From: the human T2T-CHM13v2.0 reference genome, Homo sapiens | Reading direction: 5' to 3' (one strand) | Assembly (NCBI RefSeq): GCF_009914755.1 | Contig: NC_060930.1 | DNA length: 64,000 nucleotides | Shown: one piece after another, positions 42,521 to 63,515 of the stretch | How the letters are laid out: every line of letters begins with the position of its first letter | How positions within the stretch are numbered: the stretch's first letter is position 1 | Notes under the pieces: model-generated | Told to the model about the DNA's origin: nothing | Database searches by the model: none | The model's input: the letters and a program-made list of their open reading frames with translations, nothing else | Position numbers and translations under genes: made by a program

Positions 42521-43747
42521 GTACTTACTCCTAATTCAACTCTAAATTCTGCCAATTGTCCCAATTTCCTATCAGTACACAGTCAGTCTCTCCAGTCATC
42601 AGCTATACTATCAATATCATCTTGGAGAATTCTCTCCTGGAATCTGCCCTGATTATTCTCTAATCTTGGTAGACAGCTAGCTTTCTGGGATCGCTCTTCA
42701 TCATCATTCTGGAGATTTCCTTCTTGTCTGAATCTCCAGCTTTATTTCATGTCTTCCTCTTTTTTTTGTTGTTATTTTTTAGTGACCACGCTTATATTGG
42801 TGAAGCCTAACCTCCAGAGCTTCCTGAAAGAGCACAAGGAAGAAAAAGAATGTTTTTCCATTTTGCATGTATAAAACACGGTTAGACTATTCCTCATCCT
42901 TGATGCATAGCTCTGCTGGGTATCAAATTCTTGGTTAGAAGTGTGGGGGCCATAGGGGGTTGGGCACCCTAAAGGTTTAGTGAAGAATCACGCCCACCTC
43001 AGCCTCCTGAGTAGCTGGGATTACAGGCATGCACTACCAGGTCCAGCTAATTTTTGTGTTTTTAATAGAGATGAGATTTGACCATGTTGGCCAGGCTGGT
43101 CTTGAACTCCTGGCCTCATGTGATTCACCAGCCTCGGCTTCCCAAAGTGCTGGGATTCCAGGCGTGGGCCACTGAGCCTGGCCATCCCTCTGCTTTTTTT
43201 ATTTCTCCTTCTGGGACCCCTATTATTTGTCTCTAGAATCTTCTGACCCGGTATGGTAAATTTCTCATTTTTTTCTATTTTTCTATATCTTCATGTTTTT
43301 GTACTATTTTCTGAAAGATTTACCTTAATTCTCATTTTTTTAACTTCTTCTCTCTTTTTTTTTTTTTTTTTGCTATCAATCACCCAGTGCTTTGGGCGAC
43401 CAAAGTGGGAGGATGGCTTGACGCCTGGAGTTTGAGACTAGCTTGGGCAACATAGTGAGACTCCATCTCTACAAAAGCAGTTTTAAAATTGGCCAGGCAT
43501 GGTGGTGCATGCCTGTAATCTTAGCTACTCAGGAGGCTGAGGCAGGAGGATGGCTTGAGCCTAGGAGTTCGAGGCTGCAGTGAGCTATGATGGTGCCACT
43601 GCACTCCAGCCTGGGCTACAGATCAAGACCTTGTCTTAAGAAAAAAACAAAAAAAAGAATAGGTATAAAATGAATGAAGGCAAAGAATGTGGGTGGGGCT
43701 TATAATGTAGGGTGATGTGAGTGGATTTCATTTGGAAACCTAGATTG

Positions 43748-43749
43748 AT

Positions 43750-43788
<39 letters not shown>

Positions 43789-43791
43789 TTT
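43748..43791 (+). repeat. (ATTT)11 tetranucleotide repeat derived from an Alu tail
   Basis: Direct reading, abutting an Alu 3' end. Confidence 0.9.
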
Positions 43792-44690
43792 GAGGCAGGG
43801 TCTCGCTCTGTCACCCAGGCTGTAGTGCAGTGGCACAATACAGCCTCAAACTTCTGGGCTCAAGTGATCCTCCCGCCTCAGCCTTTAAAGTATCTGGGAC
43901 TGCAGCTGCACACCCTCATGCCTGGCTAATGTCTTTAATTTCCTTGTGGTAGTCAGACTTTCCATAGATGGATCTCCCAATTCCTGTCTTAAGGATTCTG
44001 TCGTTGGAGCCACTGTCATATACTCATATAAGAAAAGAAGAGAAGTGGGCGAGGGTCCCAGCATCCAGTTTGCTGTATTCAATTAATCCTCACGTTTCCT
44101 GTATACTCCCATGCTCAACTGTGTATCATATCTTCTCAGTCTAGACAGACACTCTTTGTTTTACCCTTTCCAGAGAATAAATCCCCAAAGCCTGCTGGTG
44201 TGGTGAGATGTACACACTTGGTTGCAAGAAGTTGAGAAAAGGATCTGGGGATTTGGCCTGTTCTGAACCAGCATTTCAAGCAATCCTCCTTGTTTCAACC
44301 ATACTCTCACACTTTATGGAGGTACCTGGTGCTGCTAATCCTGAGCATTTGGGGATTCTGTATTGCAAACTGGGCTGCTCAATGGCTTTTCTCATTGCTG
44401 GTTTAGAATTCAGCTTCCTTGAAGTTGCAAAATCCTTTCCCACTTGTCCATTTGCCTTTCCAAAATTTTACTAATTTTGTCTCTCCTGTCCTGGCTATCC
44501 TAGTACTTTATGCCTTAAAAAAAAATTCTGTTATTTTCAGGAGACAGCAAAAACAGATTAAAGTAGATACTGAACCATAGTTCAATATCCTATCTCTACT
44601 CCACACATTTGTATTTTCAAATAATTTTCTACAGCTTCTTTTTTTGCATGGGAAATGCACACTAAGGAAACTGAAAAAAGACATGTACAA

Positions 44691-45466
44691 TGTAAACTAA
44701 CAATAAAATTCAAAGCCTCTCAACTGACTGAAGGCACACTTTCTTTCCTTTTCTTTCTTTCTTTTTTTTTTTTTTGAGATGGAGTTTCGCTCTTGTTGCC
44801 CAGGCTGGAGTGCAGTGGTGCGATCTTGGCTCACTACACACTTTCTTGGCTAACGGGACCCCAGAGTAACCTTGAAAACTGAGTTCTGGGCCAAGAGTAG
44901 ATAGAGCGTCAGATACAACTCTATACCTCCTCTCTTGCTAACCACAATTAGGCTTTGTTCTATAAGGGCTTAAGGGAAACCAGCCCTTTCAAAAGATTCT
45001 ACCACTGATATCAACCAACCCCCTGATGCTGCCCCTCCTTTTGTGCCTGATAAGAGATCACAGACCACAGAATGGTTCTGGCCAGTCTACTGAGAATGCA
45101 CAGTAAGGGTTTTTCTGTCCTCTGCTTCACCTTTTGATATAAGAGGGCCAAAAACTCCATCCTGTGATTGTGGTAACACCGCCATTTTTTGTGCATGGTA
45201 CCCATGAAGCTCAATTACTCATGGGTACTTTCCTCCTTTCATAAATATTCATGAGTCATCCTACAGCTTACTGAATATGTATATTTGGCCACCTTCCTCA
45301 GCATAAATTCCTGTTCCCTTTGCCCCTCCCTGGAAGTGTCAGTTTCTGGCTTCTGGCCTGCGGCTACACTTCTCAGCCAGTCAGAATGGCTGCTCTACAG
45401 TCTGAAACCATTCATGAGAAAGAGTTCTCCTTTCTAAATTATGAACTTCTCATTCTTCAGCTGACA
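44691..45466 (+). mobile_element. Solo LTR, MER4-family-like, in TPMT intron 1, with a nested truncated Alu
   Basis: Starts TGTAAACTAACAATAAAATT and ends CAGCTGACA; no clean TSD; family from recall. Confidence 0.72.
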
Positions 45467-46701
45467 GACCATAACTGCAGATCCATCTGAATGTATGAGG
45501 AAAATGCCTTTCCTTTCAATGTCAACTCTGCAATATTAAGGACAATATAACACCATTATTCTAACATTCCCTTTAAATCATTAGTGAAACTAGTTTGGAT
45601 TATACTAGCATGCTATTATTGGTGGTTCTAATTTAATGATTAATCTGTGAAATAGCAAACATTGCATAAAAGCATGTATTTCAGGCAAATTTCCCCTTTT
45701 GTTGCCAAATTTGGCCTCAGTATGCTTAGGATATAGGGAGGAGGCATTTCTCTCATTACCTGGGAACATGAATTCACTTCTTAGCAAATATTTGTTGACA
45801 AATGGCTTCTGCAAGACCCTGATGGTATCAGGAGGTGACTCTGAGTTTTCTGAGAGGTCAGTAGAAAGTATCTGATTTATATTGGGTACAGAAAAGCAAA
45901 AGAATGTTGCAGTTTTCTCATTTTCATTCAGAAACTCTGGAACCTAAATTCAAGGCTTCATAAAGCAGTTCTCTACTTAAAAGAGAAGCATAATCTTTAT
46001 CAGAGTTCCACAGCAGCCTGGAGTAGCACAACTCTATTCCTTTCACACAAACTTGAACTGTCTAACAAAATCATGCACATAACTTAATCATGTCTTAGTT
46101 GTTTGTTTTTGAGACAGGGTCTCTCTCTATCCCCCAGGCTGGAGTGCAGTGGTGTAATGACACTTCCGTCTCCAACACTGGGGCTCAAGCGATCCTCTCA
46201 CTTCAACCTCCTGAGTACCTGGGACTATAAGGGTGCACCACCATGCCTGGCTAATTTTTAAATATTTTGTAGAGACAGGGTCTTGCTATGTTACCCAGGC
46301 TGGTCTCAAACTCCTGGGCTCAACGTCTTAGCTGTTCTAACAGTTTCTCAGCATGGACTCCACTTGTATACATCATTTCTAGAGAAATAAAGTTTATTTC
46401 TATAATACAAAAAAAGTGCACATTACAAGAATTAAGGAAGGGAAATTTCACAAAAATTTCTGCCCACAAACAAAGTCCTCAAGTTGTTCTAGTCTCCATT
46501 CTCACCTTTTCAAAAGCTTCTGCTATAGTTTTGTTTTTAAATTTCATAAAATTGAGAAGAAACTTTCCTAAGGTGCACACATCTTAAAAGAGTATGACTC
46601 GGTGAATTTTTTACATATACATACACCTGTGTAACCACCGCAGAGCAAGACAGAATATTTACAGCACCCCAGTTTCCCACATCACCAGGGATCACTCACT
46701 A

Positions 46702-46941
<240 letters not shown>

Positions 46942-47202
46942 CTAAAAGAAAAAAGAAAAAAAAATAATTAAAACACACCAGTGCTTTGGAAGCACTTTAA
47001 ATCCTGGACATTGGATTCAGGTCATTTACTGTCCGACCTCGTTATTCCCAGTTTCCGCTTCTGCCCTGAACCCCACTTCACAGGGCTGATTGCTAGGCTG
47101 TCTACGCTTGTAAGAATTCCTGGGAGCCCTAGCACGGGCGCATACACTCCTAGCAAATCGTTCCCTTTCTCACCCGCACCCTCCGCGCCCGAGTGAGCCT
47201 AC

Positions 47203-47300
47203 CTCGCTTACAGCTGGTTGCCGGCCATTGCCTCCGCCACCAATGACGTCCCCAGGGGCGGGTACGCCTCCGCTTCCACCTCCGCCACTTCTCCGCGCCC
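47203..47300 (-). other. TPMT: TPMT non-coding exon 1 (5' end approximate)
   Basis: Donor GCGAG|gtaggc at 47203/47202 inside the CpG island, just downstream of the VNTR; TSS not determinable from sequence. Confidence 0.85.
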
Positions 47301-47376
47301 CGCCTCCGCCCGCGCCCCGCCTCCGCCCGCGCCCCGCCTCTTTCCCGCGCCCCGCCTCTTTCCCGCGCCCCGCCTC
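47289..47376 (-). repeat. TPMT promoter VNTR, five 17-18 bp GC-box units, architecture A2B2C
   Basis: Minus strand reads (GAGGCGGGGCGCGGGAAA)x2 (GAGGCGGGGCGCGGGCG)x2 GAGGCGGGGCGCGGAGAA; a known polymorphic element (allele name *5a from recall). Confidence 0.95.
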
Positions 47377-47579
47377 AGTTCCCGCCCCCTCTCCCGGCGC
47401 CCCGTCTCCACTCCCGCCCCGTACCTCGTTGCACAGACTCCACCCACTTCCCCAAGCGCCGGGGTTTGCGCAGCGGCGGAAATGGGCAGGGCGGAGCGAG
47501 CGCTGCGGCTAAAGCGAAGGCGGGGACCCTACCCATCCCTAGTCCTGTCGGCTCCTCCCACCCCGGGTCACGCCGTGAC

Positions 47580-47724
47580 AGGGGCGGAAGCGGCGGCGGC
47601 GGCGGCGGCCGAGAAGAGGCTGGGGCTCGCGGCGCGGCTGCAGCCGTCCTGTGCGCGCGGCGCGCGGCTCCGGAGAGGCGCCCGCAGTCCAGGGCGGCGC
47701 GCACCGCCTCGCTGGCGCTCAGAG
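47580..47724 (+). other. KDM1B: KDM1B exon 1 (5'UTR; start approximate)
   Basis: Donor CAGAG|gtggga at 47724/47725; matches my recall of the mRNA leader. Confidence 0.75.
47592..47609 (+). repeat. (GGC)6 / (GCC)6 trinucleotide repeat
   Basis: Counted directly; corresponds to the described TPMT promoter GCC repeat and lies at the start of KDM1B exon 1. Confidence 0.92.
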
Positions 47725-48035
47725 GTGGGAGGCTCCCCACTCCGGGGGCGTGCGTGGGGGCCGTGGCGGATTTCGGGTGACAGCGTTGCACAAAGCAGCT
47801 TGGTTGGGGTGCAAGCCCTCCCTTTCCCCCTGTGCAGCGCCCCTCGCCGTGGTGGGAGGTGGGCGGGTGCCCCAGGGACGGATACCTCCTGCCCCGGATT
47901 AAAAGAGGGTGCGGGGTGGGTATCTGTCTGAAGAAGGGGGAATTCCCGGGCTAGGGTGTTGGGGCGTGGGGTCGCCGGGTTCGTCGCGATGTTGCCGGTC
48001 GGCTAACCCCCCTACAATGTTTCCTTTCTGTACAG

Positions 48036-48079
48036 CGGTGCCTTTTCCCCGAGACTCCCGGCACCTCTTCAGCGCAAAG
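48036..48079 (+). other. KDM1B: KDM1B exon 2 (44 nt, 5'UTR)
   Basis: Branch-like CTAAC 48003-48007, pyrimidine tract, tacag|CGGT ... AAAG|gtgagc. Confidence 0.8.
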
Positions 48080-48816
48080 GTGAGCCCCGGGGCAGTTGCT
48101 TCTCCGACTTCGAAAAGCTTCCGAAAGCTTCTCGGAAAGCGAGGCGGCTGCAGCTGGCACCGGGAGTTTGGGGCTCCCTCCTGGGGACTGTCAGAGCCGC
48201 GGGAGAACCCCACGGTCCTGGAGTAGGAACTCCCTCGCTTGTTCTTCCCGGCCGATAGGGTGCGGCCAGGAGCCCGCACAGCCTTGCAGGTGTTGTAGTA
48301 ATTCTCTGGCACAGCCACCACGCGTTGAGACTTGATGAGCATTGCCAGGTTGCTGGGGTAACTCCTCTGGGATTGGAGACCTGGAGGAGGGGTGGCCCGA
48401 TTAGGGTAGCTGTTAGTCAACGGCCGGGCAGCTGACAGGTGAAAGAGGAAGGAAGAGGCCGACCCAGCTGTAGAAAGTTGGGGTTCAGTGATGTGGAAAC
48501 CAGCCACATAGAAGTCCAGTCTTCCCTTGGGTAAGCCTGCAGGACTCCCCAGTCCACTCCAGTTGGGGAATCCCCCACACCACGTATACACACATAACTC
48601 AAGGCTTTGACCAGTTTTGTTTTGTGTTTTTAAATCTATTTTAGTGGCAGAAAGGCGAGTGGGAGAGAAGGCTTCTTCAGGAGGTACATGAGAAAATTAC
48701 CATCAATAATTATTTGCCTTGCTGGGAGAATCAACAAAAGATATCTAGGCAATTGGGGATTTAATATTGAATCATTGAACTGCATGTTGAATATTGAATA
48801 ATTCAATATTGAATTA

Positions 48817-49120
<304 letters not shown>

Positions 49121-49950
49121 TTATTATAATGAAATCTACATATTGATATATCCACTTATATATTTACCAAAAAATCCCACTTTTTTATCACATTAAAAGA
49201 AAACCAAAGCCAAATTTTAAATGCTTGAATTAAAAATTAGAAATATATGTATAATGTTGAGCATGAAACCAATTGGTTATATTTAGGTGTGTTTATTAAT
49301 TTGAAAAATCAAGAAGGAAGACATTTTAGTATACTAAAAATTTTTTCTTCATTTTAAGACCTAAGGACCCAGCAAGTGGAGATATATAAATTACATCAAG
49401 TGCCAAAAGTTCTGAGAATGGATTCATATAACCCTCAATTGTATAAAGTTGAAAATATGCTATCATAAAAACCCTCGATAAGATTTAATAATGGCTTTTA
49501 TAGCTCATGTTTCCATTTCCTTGTTAACCATTTCTTGAATTCTTTGTTGCATTAAGTACCTATTTTCTAGTATTCAGTTAGATTAAAATGTTTGATGAAA
49601 TTTCAGGAAACTATACTTTCTTTTGAGAATGCATACCTTCCCAGGTGACAGGGTCAAATGTTGCATGAACCTAGGCTGATTCATTTATGTTCCTAAACCA
49701 CACATTTGACTTCAGATATTTTTGCTATAATACTTACATATACTATACATTTACAAATACTATATATTTACATATATTTGTGGTTCATGTTATGAATAAT
49801 GTCAGGTATATTTTATATATAAATGAAGAGATTTGTATATTTATGTATATAATAATTAATATTTATATGTGTCTATGAAGAGATTTGTTGGAGTGGACAG
49901 CCTTTTGAAAATAAAGTCCAAAAAGCCTTCTTTGGGTATAACAATTATAG

Positions 49951-50148
<198 letters not shown>

Positions 50149-51115
50149 TAGGAGAGATGGGGTTTCACCGTGTTAGCCAGGATGGTCTTGATCTCCTGAT
50201 GTCGTGATCCGCCCACCTCAGCCTCCCAAAGTGCTGGGATTACAGGCGTGAGCCACCGCGCTGGCCGGTGGATAGTACTTTGAACATCATTAGCATTTTC
50301 TCCAACAGTATGATAGATGTTGTAGAACTAAATGGCAGTTTATTTAATGCTTAAAGAACTATAGTGCATTTCAGAATATGTAGGGATTATGTGTTCACAG
50401 CTAACATAATATTTATTGTTTCTGAGAAAGTGAAGATTAAGTCAAAGGAGGCCGGGCGATAGAGTGAGACTCCTTCACAAAAAAAAAAAAAAAAAAAAGT
50501 CAAAGGAAAATCATCCGTAACATTGATGTTAGGATGTGTCAAAGTCAATGTAGATGGCAAAATGAGTTTTTCCATAGGATGTTAATAATCCATGAAAAGT
50601 ACTCTTATGAATGTTAATACAGCTCACAAATATGAAACAATAGGATTACAAGCTCCTTAAAGCTTTTCTCCAAGACTAAGATTATATATCTGGAATTTGT
50701 ATTTTATGGTTCCACTTTTCCACTTTCAAATTCTTTATCCATAGGTATGTCCTATTTATTTTTCATTTATCATTTTCTGTGTGTATGTGTAGTTAAATCC
50801 AATAGATCAAGGAAGGAGATGAATGATAATTATAGATTCTGTATATTACTGAGTACTTATGCTAAGCATTTTTCATTCCTTAATCTAATTGAAAAAAATT
50901 CTGTTAGCTCTTAATCTTTCATAGCTGCTACACATTATTTCTCTTGTAGACTTTGGTTCTTAATATATGTTTAACCATGCTGTTATTGGACTAGTTTGGG
51001 AAATTTTTTCCAGTAGAAGATACCAGTGCTTCTATCTAATTTAGATCTGTATATTCAGTAGTGACTAGATGGTTTTCTTGAAATTTATTTGTTGAGTTGT
51101 ACTGAAAAGGAATGA

Positions 51116-51244
<129 letters not shown>

Positions 51245-52048
51245 TGAGTAGCTGGAATTACAGGCACGCGCCTCCATGCCTGGCTAATTTTTGTATTTTT
51301 AGTACAGACGGGGTTTCACAATGTTGGTCAGACTGGTCTCGAACTCCTGACCTCATGATCCGCCTGCCTGGGCCTTGCAAAGTGCTGGGATTACAAGCAT
51401 GAACCACTGTGCCCAGCCATGAGTTTTCTTTTTAAAGTGTAATAAGAGATCAAAGTGCAGGAACTGCTAAGAAGACACAGTAAAATGGAGAGGAACATAG
51501 GCAAAACTAGGTGGTTTTCCTCATTGAATTTTATAAACATAGTGTGGTTTGTTTATTGGTCATTCATGTGGCATGTTTCTCATTTTGTATCTTTTAATGT
51601 GCATAACTACTAATAGGTAATGTTTATTGAGTACTTACGATATGCCAGTTTTGGTGCTTTAAATAGGTTATCTTGTTTAAACTTCATGCCAGTGCTATAG
51701 TAAATGCTTATGGTGCCCATTTTATGTGTGAGAACACTGAGGCTTAGAGAGGTTAAGAACTTGAAAATGGTGGCTTGAGCCAGGTGGTGTGGTGACGTGC
51801 ACCTGTATTCCCAACTACTTGGAGCTGAGGTGGGAGAATCGCTTGAGCCCAGGAGTTCCAGGCTAGTCTGGGCAACATGGCAAGAATGTCTCAAAAGAAA
51901 AGAAAGAAAACTGTAGCTTTGTATTTAGGCAATCTGACATACATTCTTACCTACCAAAGTGTATAATAACTTGCTCCAGACTGTTAAAAATATTTGCAGA
52001 TGCTAATATTTAATGGTCTGATTTTTCTTTTGCAGATTATTTAATGTA

Positions 52049-52135
52049 ATGGCAACTCCACGGGGGAGGACAAAGAAAAAAGCATCTTTTGATCATTCTC
52101 CGGATAGCCTTCCTTTGAGGAGCTCCGGTAGGCAG
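52049..52135 (+). CDS. KDM1B: KDM1B/LSD2 first coding exon (whole exon 52036-52135), MATPRGRTKKKASFDHSPDSLPLRSSGRQ
   Basis: Acceptor ttttgcag|ATT, ATG at 52049, donor CAG|gtagtg; matches the known LSD2 N-terminus. Confidence 0.96.
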
Positions 52136-52703
52136 GTAGTGTTCATTTATTCATTCAACAAGCCTTTTTTGAGCATGCAGAATTACTGATTGGGACTGGA
52201 GAATTAGAGTTGAAAAGATTACTCCAGCCCTCAAGTTGCTTGTATTCTAGGGGAGAAATTCTCAGTACGGTCATAACACAGTGTGATAACATGATAGAAT
52301 ATACAAAATAGAAGCATTATCTGGCAGAGGGAACTGTAAGTATAAAGGCGTAGAGTGTGAATCAGCATAGGATGTTCAGAGATTCACGGCTGTGTGGTTG
52401 CTTCCAGAGTGTGAGGCTGGGGCCAGATCATGCCTGGCTTGGATGTCATTCATAGGAATTTGGACTTCAGCTTGGAATTGGTTGAATGCTATTGGAGGGT
52501 TATGTATAGGGCTTTTTGGGTAGGGCTTTTATTCTTTTAAAAGAAAAAATTGAACAATGTAATTCTTTCTCTATAATTTTTCTAGCTTTTTATTTAAAAT
52601 AGAGGGGGCCAGGCACGGTGGCTTACACCACCTGCAATCCCAGCACTTTGGGAGTCCGAGGCCGGTGGATCACAAGGTCAGGAGATCCAGACCATTCTGG
52701 CTA

Positions 52704-52976
<273 letters not shown>

Positions 52977-53478
52977 TCACTTTTTTTTTTTTTTTTTTTC
53001 CAGACAATCTCCTCTATCCCCCAGGCTGGAGTACAGTGACACAATCGTGTGTGCCACAATGCCTGGTTGATTTTTTTTTATTTTTAGTAGAGAGGAGGTC
53101 TCGGTATGTTGCCCAGGCTGGTCTTGGACTCCTGAGCTTAAGTGATCCTTCCACCTCAGCCACCCAAAGTGCTGGGGATTACAGGCATGAGCCACCACAC
53201 CCAGCTGATGTCACTTTTTTCTAAGAAAGACTCATATGAATTTAGTTCTTGGCTTAGACATCTGTTGTTAAAATGCTATTTCTATATCTCTAGCAAGTTA
53301 GTAAATTACTTGCACAATGCAGTCACCAGGAAATTGCTGTATTGTCATCCCTAACCTACTGCCATGATGTTTTTGACCTTCATGTTTAGAACTCAGCTGT
53401 GATTTCAGTAGTGAACCTTCATCCTTAGTCATTTTGCCATCATCAGTGAAATTTTAACATCAGCTGTGACTCCCTTAG

Positions 53479-53606
53479 GCGAAAAAGAAAGCAACAGAGA
53501 CAACAGATGAGGATGAAGATGGTGGCTCAGAGAAGAAGTACAGGAAATGTGAAAAGGCAGGCTGTACGGCAACATGTCCTGTGTGCTTTGCAAGTGCTTC
53601 TGAAAG
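53479..53606 (+). CDS. KDM1B: KDM1B coding exon (128 nt), AKKKATETTDEDEDGGSEKKYRKCEKAGCTATCPVCFASASER; start of the C4H2C2 zinc finger
   Basis: ccttag|GCG ... AAAG|gtctgt; frame continuous. Confidence 0.95.
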
Positions 53607-54986
53607 GTCTGTTTAGATGTGTGTCTTGGCCTCCCATTTCTGCTTGTGAGAAGTTCTTTGTGGAAACATCATCCTTGTAGATAGTTTTCCTAAAGATAGA
53701 TACAGATACTATAAGTCATCTAATCTAATAATAGAGACATTGCCCAGACATTCTGTACACACCACACCCTCCTCAAGGCCCTCCCTACTTATCCCTAGCC
53801 TACTGGGAGAGGCCACACCCATGTCAATTTTGCAACACAGTGTCCTCAAATCCAACCAACCATATCTACCTCTCCAAGGGTTGAGGGTGGGATGGTGTAT
53901 GTCGTGGTGAGACAGTAGAGAGAACTCATGAGCTTTCTGTAGACACCAGTGTTTGTTTACTTTTCGTTGTGTTTTTCTCTCTCATATAACATGCCACCTC
54001 TTCCCATACGCACATACAGGTCTCATAGAAACTACAGCTAACTGCAGCCTTGCCATTTTTATTGTGGGGTGACACAAGTATGATCTTCTTTTTTTTTTTC
54101 TTTTTTACTTCCAGAGGAAAATATTCAATTAAGGGTTAAGGTTCAATAACATCGAGAAAACAAATCCTATTTGTTTTTAAACACAAAGAGGGCCAGGCAT
54201 GGTGGCATGCGCCTGTAATCCCAGCACTTTGGGAGACCAAGATGGGCGGATCAGTTGAGGTCAGGAGTTCCAGACCAGCCTGGCCAACATGGTGAAACCC
54301 TGTCTCTACTAAAAATACACAAATTAGCTGGGCACGGTGGCAGAAGCCTGTAATCCCAGCCACTCAGGAGGCTGAGGCATGAGAATCGCTTGAACCCAGG
54401 AGGCAGAGGTTGCAATGAGCCTGAGATCGTGCCACTGTACTCCAGCCTGAGTGACAGAGCAAGACTCCATCTCAAATAAATAAAAAAATATTAAAAATAA
54501 ACACAAAGACGTGGTGATCGTGTTCATAGTGGCATGATTTTTCATTCTCTTGCTATATTATCAACTGTTTGACAAGTTATCTTTGCCAAATTGCCTGCTT
54601 GATGTTCAGATTTCAGCTGACCAGATTCCCTCGCTGTTCAGTACTGGGCCCCACGTTATTCTCTCATGTCCACATATGCAGCCTGCAGCAAGCACAGTGG
54701 CATCTGTCCTTTTGTGTCATAAAACCCTATCATTGCCCCAAGGAGTCTTCTTAAGACTGCTAAGCCCCAGGCAGCCAGCTAGGTTAGGTCCCATGGCCTA
54801 AGTCCCTGCATCCTTCCTGTGTGTTATTATCTACTAGTAATCCATTCCTGTTTCCCCTGTCCTTAAGGGGCTAAGTGGAGATAATGCAAAATGGGTTCAT
54901 AGATGGTGCTTGCAAGATGTTTTTTAAAAAATGGGAGGAGAAATGTTTATTCATTACCAAAGCTATATGTTTTTCACTATTTTCAG

Positions 54987-55076
54987 ATGTGCCAAAAATG
55001 GCTACACCTCCCGATGGTATCATCTCTCCTGTGGGGAACATTTCTGTAATGAATGCTTTGACCATTACTACAGAAG
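54987..55076 (+). CDS. KDM1B: KDM1B coding exon (90 nt), CAKNGYTSRWYHLSCGEHFCNECFDHYYRS
   Basis: tttcag|ATGT ... GAAG|gtatgt; Cys/His ligands of the zinc finger. Confidence 0.96.
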
Positions 55077-55233
55077 GTATGTTCACTAATTGTGTGAGGT
55101 TTCCCTGGAGAAGGGGACCGTGGCAGGGGCAGTGCGTGTGGTCAGCTGATTAAAGCTTAGTCTCGAGGCTTACTGAATTATTCAGCTCTTTCAGCCATGC
55201 CTGTGATGACTGTAACTTGGACGAGAACTTTGA

Positions 55234-55557
<324 letters not shown>

Positions 55558-55579
55558 TGATTCTATTTTATTGTTTTCG

Positions 55580-62600
<7,021 letters not shown>

Positions 62601-62953
62601 TGACTAACTGAAAGTAAATTTCAGTTTATTTTACGCTGATTTTTTTTTTTTAGACAGGGTCTCAGTCTGTTTCCCGGGCTGGAGTGCAGTGGTATAATCT
62701 CAGCTCACTGCAGCCTTGACCTCCCCAGGCTCAAGCCATCCTCTCACCTCAGCCTCCTGAGTAGCTGGGACTACAGGCATGCACCACCGCACCTGTCTGC
62801 TTTTGTATTTTTTGTAGAGACAGGATGTCACTATGTTGCCCAGGCTAGTCTGGAACTCCTGGGCTCAAGCAGTCTGCCTGCCTCAGCCTCCTAAAGTGCT
62901 GAGATTACAGGTGTGAGCCACCATGCCTGGCCCTGATTGTTTCTTTAGGTTAG

Positions 62954-63097
<144 letters not shown>

Positions 63098-63515
63098 TGA
63101 GTAGCTGGGACTACAGGCGCCCGCCACCACGCCTGGCTAACTTTTTGTATTTTTAGTAGAGACGGGGTTTCACCGTGTTAGCCAGGATGGTCTGGATTTC
63201 CTGACCTCGTGATCCGCCTGCCTTGGCCTCCCAAAGTGCTGGGATTACAGGCGTGAGCCACTGCACCTGGCCTAGAAAACCTTTCTGACAACAAAACTCA
63301 GATCCCCTTGGCACTTTCCTCACCCTGAGGAAGTATTAAATCAGAAATTATCCTAATGGGGTGAAAGTGAATTATATGGATGATGGTAATGCAAGGAGAA
63401 GAAAAAATACTTAGGATTGCTAACAGGTTGGAGAAGATGACCAAGTGGTGGAGGATAGAAATGGTAACTGAAGATTAGCTCACTTGTTCATCTTGACTTG
63501 ATACTTCCCATCTAG

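Larger units (their letters stand above)
47130..48450. promoter_or_regulatory. Bidirectional CpG-island promoter shared by TPMT (-) and KDM1B (+)
   Basis: Very high GC/CpG, no evident TATA; GC boxes; ETS-like GCGGAAG at 47584-47590 and GCGGAAAT near 47476-47483; CCAAT overlapping TGACGTC at 47240-47250; divergent first exons about 300 bp apart. Confidence 0.93.

Noticed and set aside
47289-47376. Regularly spaced repeats as a CRISPR-like array
   Set aside because: Contiguous tandem units without unique spacers in a eukaryotic promoter; it is the known VNTR
47218-48591. 237-aa and 230-aa ORFs across the CpG island as standalone genes
   Set aside because: Low-complexity translations that run through the VNTR and into introns; only the part in frame with spliced KDM1B is kept as a finding
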